Notes: a model not told the origin generated them from the letters alone. A DNA stretch of 64,000 bases from an uncultured bacterium (GCA_963702025.1 OY969699.1:960001-1024000), one strand, 5' to 3'. Positions 19,417-29,831 are shown, counted from the first letter of the stretch. Numbers and translations are program-made.

Positions 19417-21702
19417 ATGCTGAGTATCTTTAAACAGGCTGCGTCAAAAAAAGAGGCATGGCCCTTTAGCCATGAAATAAAAATAATTTTTAGCGTAGCA
19501 ATAACTATTTTTTTAGGGGTGTCACTTATTTCTTACCGCCATACTGATTGTTCCTGGTTTTATTTTGATTCTTCCGGCCACGCAATCGGCAATTGGTGTG
19601 GCATGGTTGGGGCATATACCGCATCATTAAGTTATTACTTGTTTGGCACCGCGGCGTTGCTCCTCATTTTTTTTTCCTGCTATTGGGTATATTTTTTGGT
19701 GCTCCATAAAACAATACAAGAAGAATGGGATCGCGTAGTCGCTTATGTTGCATTGTTGTATACTCTAGCTGCTGTCTTCGCGTTTCATCGCTGCACTATT
19801 CTAGCCAGAGGAATTCCCGGTGGTTTTTTTGGTCGTTTTGTTTGTAATACCCTCCAAGCACTATTTGATACCATTGGCACCATAATTTTTCTCTATACTC
19901 TGCTTTTTGTCTGCATACTTATCATTTCCCGTGTATCATTTATGCGTGTTATGAAAAAAATATATTATCTGGCATGCAGTAAAGCGGTAAAATCACGTAT
20001 TGTCTATCCGGCGCGGCGCTTGGTTGTTTCCGGGTATTCGTATCTCTATTCTCTGGCGATGCGACATCTGCAACGAGTGCTGGAGCGGGCCGGTTGGCAA
20101 TGCACGGAGCAAAAACAAGAAGAGTTTTCATTTGAAGGTGGTACCCTGGATGATCTTGATCTGCAAGATCTTTTTAATAAAGAAGCATGGCATGGTTTTT
20201 CACCAACAAATACGCCGGACAAAAATTCTCCCGAGACGGCACAAGCACCCATGCCGATCTATCAAGAAACGCAGTACAATGCGGCTGATCTTGCGCAAAA
20301 AGAGATTCCCGCTCCACTTTATGAATTGCCAAAACTTGATATGTTTATTGGCGTTGATGAAGAGCATAATGATCATGCGCTGATGCAGGAGTTGGAGAAA
20401 AGAGCAGGGGCCTTACAAGAAAAATTGGAACGGTTTGGCGTTTTTGGTAAAGTGACCGCGATAAAACGGGGGCCGGTGGTCACCTTATTTGAATATCAAC
20501 CACATATTGATACAAAAATTAGTAAAATTGTTGCCCTGGAAGATGATCTTTCGCTTGCCTTGCAAGCCACGAGTATTCGCATTATCGCACCGATTCCGGG
20601 CAGATCGGTGGTGGGATTTGAAGTGGCAAACAAACAACGGCGTGGCGTGCTATTGTCCCACTTAATTAAAAGTGATGCGTATGAAGAAACCACTGCATCA
20701 CTGCCGATGATTTTGGGTGTTGATACCATTGGCAACACCGTGATTATTGATCTTTCTAAAATGCCCCATTTATTGATGGCCGGATCAACCGGATCAGGCA
20801 AATCGGTGGCGCTCAATGCGATGCTGATTAGTTTGCTGTGCAAAGTTTCTCCTGATGATTTGCGATTGGTAATCATTGACCCTAAACGGCTTGAATTTGC
20901 GCCGTATGCGGATATTGCGCACTTATTGTTCCCGATAGTTACCGATCCAAAATTAGCGCCGCCGGTGTTGCGTTGGGTGGTCAAGCAGATGGAAACGCGG
21001 TATGAGATTATGGCGCAAAGTGGCGCGCGTAATATTGCCGATTATCGAGCGATTGCGCAAAAAAATAATCTGGACAGTATGCCATTTATTATCGTGGTGA
21101 TTGATGAGCTTGCCGATCTTATGATGACGGCAGGCAAGGAAGTTGAAGATGCTATTATTCGCATAACGCAGATGGCGCGCGCGGCCGGCATCCATTTGAT
21201 TGCCGCCACGCAACGCCCATCGGTTGACGTGATTACCGGGTTAATTAAGGTTAACTTCCCGAGCAGAATATCATTCCGTGTTACTTCTAAAATTGATTCA
21301 CGCACCATTCTTGATTGTGCCGGTGCTGATAAACTGCTGGGCAAAGGGGACATGCTCTTTCTGGATGCCAATGATGCACTATTAAAACGGGTGCATGGCG
21401 CCTATGTTCTTGATAAAGAAATTCATCAAGTTATTGGGCATATCAAATCGCAGCGGGCAGCAGATTATCTTGATGTCAAGCAGGTGTGCCAAGAAGATCG
21501 CGTAACGGTAGATTTTGAACAAGATGCTATGTATGAGCAGATTTGCCAGTTCTTGCATGAGATTGATGAAGTTTCTATTTCACTGTTGCAACGCCGTTTT
21601 AGAATCGGCTACAATCGCTCGGCGCGCATTATTGATATGCTTGAATCGGAAGGCTTAATTGCGCCATCATATGGCGGAAAGACGCGCAAAGTTATTCGGT
21701 AG
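19417..21702 (+). CDS. ftsK: DNA translocase FtsK
   Basis: N-terminal TM domain; PHLLMAGSTGSGKS, IDELADLMM, ATQRPSVDVITG; gamma domain SLLQRRFRIGYNR. Confidence 0.98.
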   Translation: MLSIFKQAASKKEAWPFSHEIKIIFSVAITIFLGVSLISYRHTDCSWFYFDSSGHAIGNWCGMVGAYTASLSYYLFGTAALLLIFFSCYWVYFLVLHKTIQEEWDRVVAYVALLYTLAAVFAFHRCTILARGIPGGFFGRFVCNTLQALFDTIGTIIFLYTLLFVCILIISRVSFMRVMKKIYYLACSKAVKSRIVYPARRLVVSGYSYLYSLAMRHLQRVLERAGWQCTEQKQEEFSFEGGTLDDLDLQDLFNKEAWHGFSPTNTPDKNSPETAQAPMPIYQETQYNAADLAQKEIPAPLYELPKLDMFIGVDEEHNDHALMQELEKRAGALQEKLERFGVFGKVTAIKRGPVVTLFEYQPHIDTKISKIVALEDDLSLALQATSIRIIAPIPGRSVVGFEVANKQRRGVLLSHLIKSDAYEETTASLPMILGVDTIGNTVIIDLSKMPHLLMAGSTGSGKSVALNAMLISLLCKVSPDDLRLVIIDPKRLEFAPYADIAHLLFPIVTDPKLAPPVLRWVVKQMETRYEIMAQSGARNIADYRAIAQKNNLDSMPFIIVVIDELADLMMTAGKEVEDAIIRITQMARAAGIHLIAATQRPSVDVITGLIKVNFPSRISFRVTSKIDSRTILDCAGADKLLGKGDMLFLDANDALLKRVHGAYVLDKEIHQVIGHIKSQRAADYLDVKQVCQEDRVTVDFEQDAMYEQICQFLHEIDEVSISLLQRRFRIGYNRSARIIDMLESEGLIAPSYGGKTRKVIR

Positions 21703-22702
21703 CATTTTCTAAATATTTTGCCGAATGCCGCGCGCCATGGTGTAATAAAATTTCTTTCATTTTTTGACTATTTTCTTTAGAAACAGTAAACGACCAATCA
21801 GTAAGATCTAAAGGAGCTATCCCCCTTTCATCGGGTGCATTTACATTAAATCCCGGCTTGGCGAGTACGTATTCAAGCATTTCCGGATAATTACTTTCCA
21901 CGATAGAATGTAATAATAAATTGCGCTGTTCAGGATTTTTTAACTGCGGAAGTGCAGATAAAAGATAATCAAGCATTTCTTTGTTGCCCGACCATGCTAT
22001 TGCGCGCAAAATTGTGTACAACTGTTCTTGCGTATATGTTTGCGGGCTTACACCGCTCAACATTTTTTTAAGCAATTGTTTTTGAGTAATTGTTTGCGCG
22101 TCGTTCAACATTTGTTTAACCAAATTAAGATCGCCTGCAAAAATCGCTGCGGCAAGAAGTGGGTAATATTCAGAACTTTGAGCGCCGGCGTTTAAGAGTG
22201 CTCGTACAATTTCATGTTGATTTTTTTGCACCTGCCCCCATGGCGGCACATCGCCACCGGATATTTCATGTCTTCCAAGGGCAATCGACATAGCTTCATC
22301 GAGGAAATACCAGGTATGGGGTTGCCCATATTCACTTATTGCTAAGTTAAGTTTATTAAGTAACCATCGCATTCCTTTATCGTAGTTAGAATTTTTGAAG
22401 GTAAATGATGTTTTTGCACCATGTTTTAGAAGAAAATCAACCATCTCAATTCTGCCAAATTGGATTGCTGCAACCAGCGGCGTGGTTGATGTTTTAAAGC
22501 TTTTGACTGCATTAACGTTGGCGCCTTTTTTGAGCAGCATTTCTGCTTTTGGTATATCATTTGTGCGGGCTGCTAGAATAAGTTGCATTTCATATGAATT
22601 ATCACCATACAGAAGATATTTAACTTCTTTTAAGAAAGTAAAAACAGGATAGGCGCAGAGTAAAGCAACGCTAATAACTATATATTTTGTTATTTTTTTC
22701 AT
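21692..22702 (-). CDS. Ankyrin-repeat protein with N-terminal signal/anchor
   Basis: LLKKGANVN, TTPLVAAIQFG, NVNAPDERGIAPL. Confidence 0.85.
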   Translation of the reverse strand: MKKITKYIVISVALLCAYPVFTFLKEVKYLLYGDNSYEMQLILAARTNDIPKAEMLLKKGANVNAVKSFKTSTTPLVAAIQFGRIEMVDFLLKHGAKTSFTFKNSNYDKGMRWLLNKLNLAISEYGQPHTWYFLDEAMSIALGRHEISGGDVPPWGQVQKNQHEIVRALLNAGAQSSEYYPLLAAAIFAGDLNLVKQMLNDAQTITQKQLLKKMLSGVSPQTYTQEQLYTILRAIAWSGNKEMLDYLLSALPQLKNPEQRNLLLHSIVESNYPEMLEYVLAKPGFNVNAPDERGIAPLDLTDWSFTVSKENSQKMKEILLHHGARHSAKYLENATE

Positions 22703-22900
22703 AATATCCTTAGTAAAGAATTAATTAATTTAATGTATACTCATTTAGTAATAGGATGGTCAAGTAAAAACAGGTTACACTGAGCACGCTGAAATTACTT
22801 GACAAATGTGCAAAAAAGAGACATTTTTTCTGCATTACAATACAATGTTACTGTTTTAGAAATTATTAAATTCATCAAGCAAAAAACGGAGAAAAAATCG

Positions 22901-24286
22901 ATGCGTTTTGATCAGCATTTTGTTAAAGGGGTTTTACCGGACGCAGAAATTCCTTATGCATCTTTCCCACAGGATGTTTCATTTTCAGTGGATACGCGGA
23001 CATTACAACCGGGTAATATTTTTGTTGCCGTAAGCGGCGCACAGGTAGACGGCCATAACTTCATTGGGCAGGCTCTCGCAAAAAATGCCGGTGGCCTTTT
23101 TATTGCGGTACATAAAAAAGAACTACTTGCAACACTTGATCAACGTCAGTTAAAAAATATATTAGTGATCATTGTTCCCGATACTTTGCAAGCATTTATC
23201 AAATTAGCGTGCGCATGGCGGGATCAATTTACCTATCCGGTTGTTGGTATTACCGGTTCGGTGGGCAAAACTTCCACCAAAGAGATTCTTAAAAATATTT
23301 TGCGTTTGAATGATATCCCCTTTGTTGCTTCTGAGGGTAATCAAAATACTCGTATTGGTGTTGCCATTAACATTTTTAAAATGAGAGCCAACCATAAAGT
23401 GGCTATTTTGGAACTGGGCATCAGCAAGCGGGGCGAGATGGCAGAACTTGCCAAAATCGCGCGTCCAACAACGGCCATTATCACCGGCATCGGCCATGCG
23501 CATATGGAAGGACTTGGTTCATTGGCTGATATCGCCTTAGAAAAACGGGATATTTTCAAATATTTTACTGAGGCGAGCATTGGCATAATTAATGGTGATC
23601 AGCCATTATTGGCAAATGTGGGGTATAATCATCCGGTGGTGAAATTCGGTTGTAAAACGATTAACCAAATTCAAGCCAGAAAAATACAGATTAGTGGAAG
23701 CTCCATCAGCTTTATTTTAAAAATTTATCGTGAAAAATATACCATTACTTTGCAGCACGTGCATGAAGGTGCCGTGATGAATTCTCTGGCAGCAACGGCC
23801 GCCGCATATTTACTCAATATTCCGGTTGCGCGTATTATTCAAGGAATCCAGCAACTATTACAGGTGGCCGGCAGATTTGAAGAGAAAATGCTTGCGCGCA
23901 AAAAGGGCACAATTATTCATGATTGTTATAATGCCAACCCAGAAAGCATGAAGGCAGCGCTTTTGGCATTCCAAAAAATTGAAACAAACGGTCAAAAAAT
24001 TGCCGTGCTTGGTGATATGTTGGAACTGGGCGTTAATTCCCCTTTTTGGCATCGGCAACTGGGTAGATTTTTGCGCAAAGTGCCATCGTTAAAACATCTG
24101 ATTTTAGTTGGTGATATGGTCAAGTGGACGTATAAAACTGTGCCGGTTACCGTGAGCGTTGAGATAGTGCAAAGCTGGCAAGAAGCGGTTGCGAAATTGG
24201 AAGAAAAGCTGGCCAATGAATCGGTTGTTTTGGTAAAAGGATCACGGGGCATAGCGCTTGATAATTTGGTACAGAAGTTTACGTAA
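22901..24286 (+). CDS. murF: UDP-MurNAc-tripeptide--D-Ala-D-Ala ligase
   Basis: GITGSVGKTSTKE, DCYNANPESM, LGDMLELG, VLVKGSRG. Confidence 0.96.
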   Translation: MRFDQHFVKGVLPDAEIPYASFPQDVSFSVDTRTLQPGNIFVAVSGAQVDGHNFIGQALAKNAGGLFIAVHKKELLATLDQRQLKNILVIIVPDTLQAFIKLACAWRDQFTYPVVGITGSVGKTSTKEILKNILRLNDIPFVASEGNQNTRIGVAINIFKMRANHKVAILELGISKRGEMAELAKIARPTTAIITGIGHAHMEGLGSLADIALEKRDIFKYFTEASIGIINGDQPLLANVGYNHPVVKFGCKTINQIQARKIQISGSSISFILKIYREKYTITLQHVHEGAVMNSLAATAAAYLLNIPVARIIQGIQQLLQVAGRFEEKMLARKKGTIIHDCYNANPESMKAALLAFQKIETNGQKIAVLGDMLELGVNSPFWHRQLGRFLRKVPSLKHLILVGDMVKWTYKTVPVTVSVEIVQSWQEAVAKLEEKLANESVVLVKGSRGIALDNLVQKFT

Positions 24287-24289
24287 AAT

Positions 24290-25216
24290 ATGGTAAAAAA
24301 TAGTTCGTCGTTAAAAAAATTAAAACCGGTTACCGCACATAAACCAGTTCTTGTGCAAGAAGTTCTTGATAATCTTGTAATCAAGCCGCACGGCCTCTAT
24401 CTGGATGTTACCTTTGGCTCGGGCGGACACACGCGTGCCATTTTGGAAAAAGAGCCGACATGTCAGGTGATTGCCATGGATTGGGATGCTCTTGCACTTG
24501 AAACATTTGGCCATCCCCTGCAAGAAGAATTTGCTGATCGGCTCACGCTGTTGTGGGGGAACTTTTCAAATCTGTATAAATTACTTAAAAAATATGACAT
24601 TCAAGAAGTTGATGGCATTTTAGCAGATTTTGGCACGTCCCAAATACAGATTGCACAAACTCCGGGTATTTCCCTTTTTCGTGATACACCGCTTGATATG
24701 CGATTGTCATCAGCGCATCAACAAGTAACTGCCGCTGATGTGCTCAATAGATCTTCCCAGGAAAAATTGGCGCAGCTTTTTTTTCAGTTGGGAGAAGAGC
24801 CCAAAAGTAGGCAGATTGCGCGTGCGATCGTTGCTGCGCGAAGCAAAAAATCATTTACTACCACGGGCCAGCTCGTTGATGTTATTGAATCCGTGATTCC
24901 CAACAAAGGCAAGAGGGGCATACATCCGGCAACCAAAGTTTTCCAAGCATTGCGCATTTATGTTAACCATGAGCTTGAAAATATTCAGGCTTTTTTGCCC
25001 GCGGCGGTTACCGCGTTAAAAACCGGCGGCCGTTTGGCATGCATTAGCTTTCATTCATTAGAAGATCGTATGGTAAAACAGTTTTTTAAGGATCAAGAAT
25101 TGGCGCACACGCTCGAGATTGTTACCGGTCGGGCACTTGTGGCAACCGATGAAGAACTTATGCAAAATCCGTCTGCTCGTTCGGCCAAACTGAGGGTTGC
25201 GCAAAAGCTAAAATAG
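24290..25216 (+). CDS. rsmH: 16S rRNA m4C1402 methyltransferase
   Basis: HKPVL, DVTFGSGGH, HPATKVFQALRIYVN, ISFHSLEDR, NPSARSAKLR. Confidence 0.97.
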   Translation: MVKNSSSLKKLKPVTAHKPVLVQEVLDNLVIKPHGLYLDVTFGSGGHTRAILEKEPTCQVIAMDWDALALETFGHPLQEEFADRLTLLWGNFSNLYKLLKKYDIQEVDGILADFGTSQIQIAQTPGISLFRDTPLDMRLSSAHQQVTAADVLNRSSQEKLAQLFFQLGEEPKSRQIARAIVAARSKKSFTTTGQLVDVIESVIPNKGKRGIHPATKVFQALRIYVNHELENIQAFLPAAVTALKTGGRLACISFHSLEDRMVKQFFKDQELAHTLEIVTGRALVATDEELMQNPSARSAKLRVAQKLK

Positions 25217-25227
25217 ATAGGATACCT

Positions 25228-26067
25228 ATGATAAAATACTATCTCTTGAGTTTTTTCTCATTCACCACAATGATTGCCATGGAAACGGCGCCGACAGAGG
25301 ATCATTGGACTTTTTACGAATCAAGCCTTAATGCTGCCCAGCAGGTTAAGATTGTTGTGCCTAGAACAATAGTCGACGTTGGATGCGGGTGGGGCAGTAT
25401 TACGGCGCGTGTTGCAAGGGAAGATTCCGAATGCGAGGTGATTGGCATTGACAGTCACCATTTTGCTATCAGTAAGGCAATCGAGAAATATGGTGATCAG
25501 CCAAATCTTACCTATATTTGTACCGATCCGAAAGATTTGGCACTCTCATTTCACAAAAAAGTAGATTTGGTTCTTTGTAATTCAATGCTGCATTGGTTCT
25601 CTTATCCGGATCAAAAAAAGATGCTCAAACAGATGGCGCAGATACTCAAAAAAGGGGGGAACGCGCAAATTAGTATGGATGGCAACTATACCATCGAATA
25701 CCAAAGATACTTTAGTAGATTGTGGCCTGCTATTGCGAAAAAACATCGTATCGATCCGTTTGAGCAGCAGGTGTTTCCGCGTACAGTGGACTCATTTAGA
25801 ATCCTTGCCCATCTGGCTGGATTTACCGTGAAATCTCTTGAAATAAAGGATATTTGTAAAACCTTTGAGGGGGAAGGCGCCTTTAAAAATTGGGTTCGCA
25901 AAGGGGTGGTTCTAATACCGATTATTTCTACCATAACCGATAGAAAAAAAAGAATAAGCATCGTTGAAGAAATTGTAGATGAATTCACCCTGTATGCGAT
26001 TAAGGCTGATCGGGGTAAAATTGAGTATGAATACTCAATTTTATTGGCTTGGCTAGAAAAAAGGTAG
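25228..26067 (+). CDS. Class I SAM-dependent methyltransferase with signal-peptide-like N-terminus
   Basis: VDVGCGWG, IGID, NSMLHW. Confidence 0.9.
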   Translation: MIKYYLLSFFSFTTMIAMETAPTEDHWTFYESSLNAAQQVKIVVPRTIVDVGCGWGSITARVAREDSECEVIGIDSHHFAISKAIEKYGDQPNLTYICTDPKDLALSFHKKVDLVLCNSMLHWFSYPDQKKMLKQMAQILKKGGNAQISMDGNYTIEYQRYFSRLWPAIAKKHRIDPFEQQVFPRTVDSFRILAHLAGFTVKSLEIKDICKTFEGEGAFKNWVRKGVVLIPIISTITDRKKRISIVEEIVDEFTLYAIKADRGKIEYEYSILLAWLEKR

Positions 26068-26096
26068 GCCAAATGAACAAAAAGTGGCTAAAAATA

Positions 26097-26124
26097 TTGA
26101 CAAAAAGAGATGATCTTATACAAT
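26097..26124 (+). promoter_or_regulatory. Sigma70-type promoter of spoVG-tRNA
   Basis: TTGACA-N16-TACAAT. Confidence 0.6.
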
Positions 26125-26185
26125 AAAGTCACTGTTAATCAGAAATTAAGAGGGTTGTAATACTAAAGCTCTAAGGAAAGCAGTC

Positions 26186-26467
26186 ATGGAAATTACAGAA
26201 GTAAAAGTATACCCGGCCAAAGAAACGGGCAGATTAAAGGCCTACGCGACGATCGTCTTTGACAACAGCTTCATTGTGCGTGACCTCAAGATTATTGAAG
26301 GCAACAAAGGTTTCTTTGTGTCAATGCCATCGCGACGCAGAAAAGATGGTACTTTTAGAGATATAGTGCATCCGCTTAACTCTGATATGCGCAAGTCTAT
26401 TGAAGAATTGGTGATCGACGAGTACAAAAAAGTTCTTGAACACGATATAGATCACGAAGAAATCTAA
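26186..26467 (+). CDS. spoVG: SpoVG family nucleic-acid-binding protein
   Basis: MEITEVKV...LKAYATI.FDN.F.VRDLKIIEG..G.FVSMPSRR...DIVHPLN. Confidence 0.95.
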   Translation: MEITEVKVYPAKETGRLKAYATIVFDNSFIVRDLKIIEGNKGFFVSMPSRRRKDGTFRDIVHPLNSDMRKSIEELVIDEYKKVLEHDIDHEEI

Positions 26468-28004
26468 AAACTTTTGGGGCGTCGCCAAGTGGTAAGGCAT
26501 CGGTTTTTGGTACCGACATTCGGAGGTTCGAATCCTTCCGCCCCAGCCAATCAGGTTGATCTGATAAGTTTGCCATACTAGAAAATGGCTCTTTCAGCTC
26601 TACATGCAGAGTTTCACCATCAAGCTTCAAGTTCGAATAAAAAAATCTCAATAATCTCTGCTTTTCATCTAAATTCGAACTTTCAAACCATTCTTTTGCT
26701 TGTGTTGCAAGATCAAGTACAGTTTTTAAGTCTATTAAGCAGTTTTCATCGGTATCTACATGAGCCTGCATTTCTAACGTGATTTCCCGTTGTCTTGTCT
26801 TATATTCTTCTACTTTGGCCTTATACGTTTCGGCATCGATAGCACCATCAAGATGCATATCAACGAGCTTTGAAAGCCGACCTTGGACTTGATCCAGTTC
26901 TTTACGCAATGTTTCTTGAGAATGCTTAAAGAATTCTTGTTCATGTGCATAGGTTTGCTTCAGATAGGTAATAATGCCACTTATTTGAACATCAGATAAT
27001 TTAATACGCTCAAAGTATGCCAGCAGGACAGCAAGAATTTTTTCCTCTCTAATCCATATCTTTGTGCAGATGCCTTTTGAATTACTGCAGGCATAGTAAA
27101 CATATTTTTGTTTTTTGATGTCACCGGACACCGTGCACCCGCACCGGGCGCAGATGAGCAAGCCGCGAAGGAGAATGGGTTTACCCGCATACTGTACCGG
27201 CGATTTATGATGGCCAGCCATAACATCTTGCGCACTATTAAATAGCTCTCGAGATATAAGTGGTGGGTATTTGTGAGGGTGAAATTCTCCCTTAATTCGC
27301 ATAATGCCACAATAAAAGGGATTTTTTAGCGTAGCTTCTATTCTGCTTGGATAGATTTGATTTCCTTCAGCATTTTTAATGCCAAGTTTATTCATTTCTT
27401 GTGCAATCATTTGAAATGATTTGATACCGGTCGCATACATTTCAAACATTTTTACTACATAGGGAGCATTCACCGGATCAACTTCAATAGTTTTCTTGCC
27501 GGTTGGAAGGCTTACATTTTTATAACCAAAGGGGGCCTTAGCGCTCCATTCACCATTTTTTGCACTTTGTTCTTTGCTGCGTTTTACATTATCACTCAGC
27601 TGACGCACATAGCTTGAGGCAAAAAGTACCCCAATGTCCCACTGCAGCAGCTGGGAGCTATTCGATTGTTGATTTACAATAAGACCTTCGCGTAGAAAAT
27701 GGAGTTCCAGTTTGCCTTCTTTGCGGAGCTCATCCAATAGGGGAGTTTCACGGAAGCTTCTTTGTAACCGATCAACCGTATCAGTAATAAGTGCTATAGG
27801 TTGTTTGGCTTTTTTAACATAAGCAATGATCTGATCAAATTGTTTACGCGTATCTTTAGTTGAAGATTCAGTTATTTGAAATGTTTGCTCAACGTGCAGC
27901 TTCTTTCTTGTGGCATATTCAGTAAGCCGACGCACTTGAGAAGGAATTGATTGTCCTTCTTCTTGATCTTTATGCGAAACGCGCGCGAGTATAATAGCTT
28001 TCAT
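26397..28004 (-). CDS. Large serine recombinase (integrase); C-terminus reads through the antisense of tRNA-Gln
   Basis: ARVS catalytic Ser, DRLQRS, APFGY, Zn ribbon CARC...YYAC...C, coiled coil. Confidence 0.95.
   Translation of the reverse strand: MKAIILARVSHKDQEEGQSIPSQVRRLTEYATRKKLHVEQTFQITESSTKDTRKQFDQIIAYVKKAKQPIALITDTVDRLQRSFRETPLLDELRKEGKLELHFLREGLIVNQQSNSSQLLQWDIGVLFASSYVRQLSDNVKRSKEQSAKNGEWSAKAPFGYKNVSLPTGKKTIEVDPVNAPYVVKMFEMYATGIKSFQMIAQEMNKLGIKNAEGNQIYPSRIEATLKNPFYCGIMRIKGEFHPHKYPPLISRELFNSAQDVMAGHHKSPVQYAGKPILLRGLLICARCGCTVSGDIKKQKYVYYACSNSKGICTKIWIREEKILAVLLAYFERIKLSDVQISGIITYLKQTYAHEQEFFKHSQETLRKELDQVQGRLSKLVDMHLDGAIDAETYKAKVEEYKTRQREITLEMQAHVDTDENCLIDLKTVLDLATQAKEWFESSNLDEKQRLLRFFYSNLKLDGETLHVELKEPFSSMANLSDQPDWLGRKDSNLRMSVPKTDALPLGDAPKVFRFLRDLYRVQELFCTRRSPILQ
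26475..26549 (+). tRNA. tRNA-Gln(UUG)
   Basis: Acceptor stem TGGGGCG/CGCCCCA, anticodon arm TCGGT-TTTTGGT-ACCGA, GGTTCGAATCC T arm, encoded CCA. Confidence 0.97.
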
Positions 28005-28019
28005 GACAACAATTTTCTT

Positions 28020-28214
28020 TTATGATTTTTGTATGGTGGCTAGCAGTTGTTCTAAATCTTCTTTGTGATAGAGACGATAACGATTAAGTGGATTGCGATA
28101 TACTGATATCTTTTTTTCTTTTTCCCAGTTTCTCAGAGTGTTTTCTGATACACCGAGTAATTGAGCAGCATCTTTTATTCGCATGTATTCATTAATTTTT
28201 TTGAGCATTTGCAT
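28020..28214 (-). CDS. MerR/Xis-like helix-turn-helix protein (candidate directionality factor)
   Basis: IKDAAQLLGVSENTLRNWE...YRLY; directly upstream of the integrase. Confidence 0.85.
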   Translation of the reverse strand: MQMLKKINEYMRIKDAAQLLGVSENTLRNWEKEKKISVYRNPLNRYRLYHKEDLEQLLATIQKS

Positions 28215-28274
28215 CCTTCTGTTTTGCTAATAACAAGATTACCAAGGATTGTAAAACGTTACAATTTATATTCA

Positions 28275-28325
28275 ATTTCCGATTTTCTGATTCCTATAGC
28301 AAATCAGAAAATCGGAAATCAGAAA
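28275..28325. promoter_or_regulatory. Perfect 18-bp inverted repeat made of iteron-like units; putative replication origin
   Basis: ATTTCCGATTTTCTGATT-N9-AATCAGAAAATCGGAAAT directly after the primase-helicase stop. Confidence 0.6.
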
Positions 28326-29831
28326 TTATCGCTTAACTAAACCGGCTTGCTTTGCTTTTTTCATTCTTGTTTCAATTTGGGATTTTGAGAGACCGGTTTG
28401 AGCCATCATTTGATTAATTGTTGCTTTTTGTCCCATCATTTGGGCGATTTCTAAAACCTCCGGATCGGTGCGGGCATTTAACATTTCCCATTTCCAGGTT
28501 CCATCATCATGCTCTTTGAGCTGAACTTGAAAAGTGATCGCGTCTTCGCCGGCAAAATGACGCGTCTTTTCAAAATGTATCTCGAAGCTTGCCCCCTGTT
28601 CAGGTTGATAGTCGTCCGGCTGCCTAAGGCTGATTACAACATCCAAAAGATCTTCTTTCTTGCTAGTACCTCTTTGTTGGCCGCTTTTACCAGCATGGTG
28701 CACAAACAAGACACATTTTCCTCTTCTGCGCAATTCCAATGCCCATTCTTGTGTGGGAAGCCAGCTCTCTGCTTCATTTTCTGACCCGCTTCTAAAAAGA
28801 GATGAAAGATTGTCGATGATGATTACGTCGCTCTCTTGAATGAATTCTTCAATGGCAGCGCGTCCTTCCTCAGTTGAAAGATTTGGCATTGCCTTTTCTT
28901 GCAGATCAGGTGTGATGAAATTTAGAAAACCTGGTGCGGGCTTTTTTTGATCTTCTGTGGTAATTTTGCGTAATCTTTCTTGCATTGAAAATGCAGGCAT
29001 TTCGCCATCGATATAGAGTACTTTCTTTGGTTCTTGAGCTGACCACTTCAAAAAACTTCCACCACTTGCAACTGCATAGGCAATTCCCAGTGCGATATGA
29101 GTTTTCCCCACGCCCCTTTTTGCATAAAGAAGTACCAGGCCCTGCGACCATAAGAAAGGAGAAAGAATCATTGCTGGCTTTGGAAGATCCAAATCTAGGA
29201 AATCATCAAATGAGATGGCTTTAACTTTGTCTGTTTGAGATTCATTTTGAATTTGGATCTCGGATATTGTTGGTACATAGTCAGGTGTATTTTTTGCGAT
29301 TTCCAGAAATCTCGATGTGGTGTTTTCTGCTTTGCTGAGCCAATCAGTTATGTCCTCTCCGTGTGATTCACGATATTCTAAGCCAGGCAAATCAACCACC
29401 CTGAGGCGTTTGACTCGGCCAGATAATTTCTTGCAGAGCATATCCCGTCTTTGAAACCCGGTCTTATCATAGTCAAAAAGAAGCACAACATCGGCATTGG
29501 CTAAAGTTTCAGTGTATTCATCCTTCCATTCAGATGAGAATGGAGCTGTAGTAGAAGGAATGAAATTCTTTAAAAGATAGTCGGCATCTTTTTCCCCTTC
29601 GACCAAATAAATCGGGTGATTCTTCTCAATTGCTTTCAGGAGCTCAGGTAATCGGTAAAGTACTTTTCTAACTCCCTGTATATTTTGTACCAAATTACCG
29701 TTTTCATCGGTGCGTTCGCACCGAAACTCTTTTTTCTTGCCCTCAGCATCTGAGTAAGTCTCAATGCGTCGTTTTTGAAATAATGTTTTGCCGGTTTCAT
29801 CTTTGTAGAGGTACACTTTGTTAGTATCCAC
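28326..29831 (-). CDS. TOPRIM primase fused to RecA/RepA-type (AAA_25-like) helicase
   Basis: VEGEKD, FDYD, GEDITDW; YAKRGVGKT, LYIDGE, IIIDN, VHHAGK; probable GTG start at 29831 after GGAGG. Confidence 0.9.
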   Translation of the reverse strand: MDTNKVYLYKDETGKTLFQKRRIETYSDAEGKKKEFRCERTDENGNLVQNIQGVRKVLYRLPELLKAIEKNHPIYLVEGEKDADYLLKNFIPSTTAPFSSEWKDEYTETLANADVVLLFDYDKTGFQRRDMLCKKLSGRVKRLRVVDLPGLEYRESHGEDITDWLSKAENTTSRFLEIAKNTPDYVPTISEIQIQNESQTDKVKAISFDDFLDLDLPKPAMILSPFLWSQGLVLLYAKRGVGKTHIALGIAYAVASGGSFLKWSAQEPKKVLYIDGEMPAFSMQERLRKITTEDQKKPAPGFLNFITPDLQEKAMPNLSTEEGRAAIEEFIQESDVIIIDNLSSLFRSGSENEAESWLPTQEWALELRRRGKCVLFVHHAGKSGQQRGTSKKEDLLDVVISLRQPDDYQPEQGASFEIHFEKTRHFAGEDAITFQVQLKEHDDGTWKWEMLNARTDPEVLEIAQMMGQKATINQMMAQTGLSKSQIETRMKKAKQAGLVKR

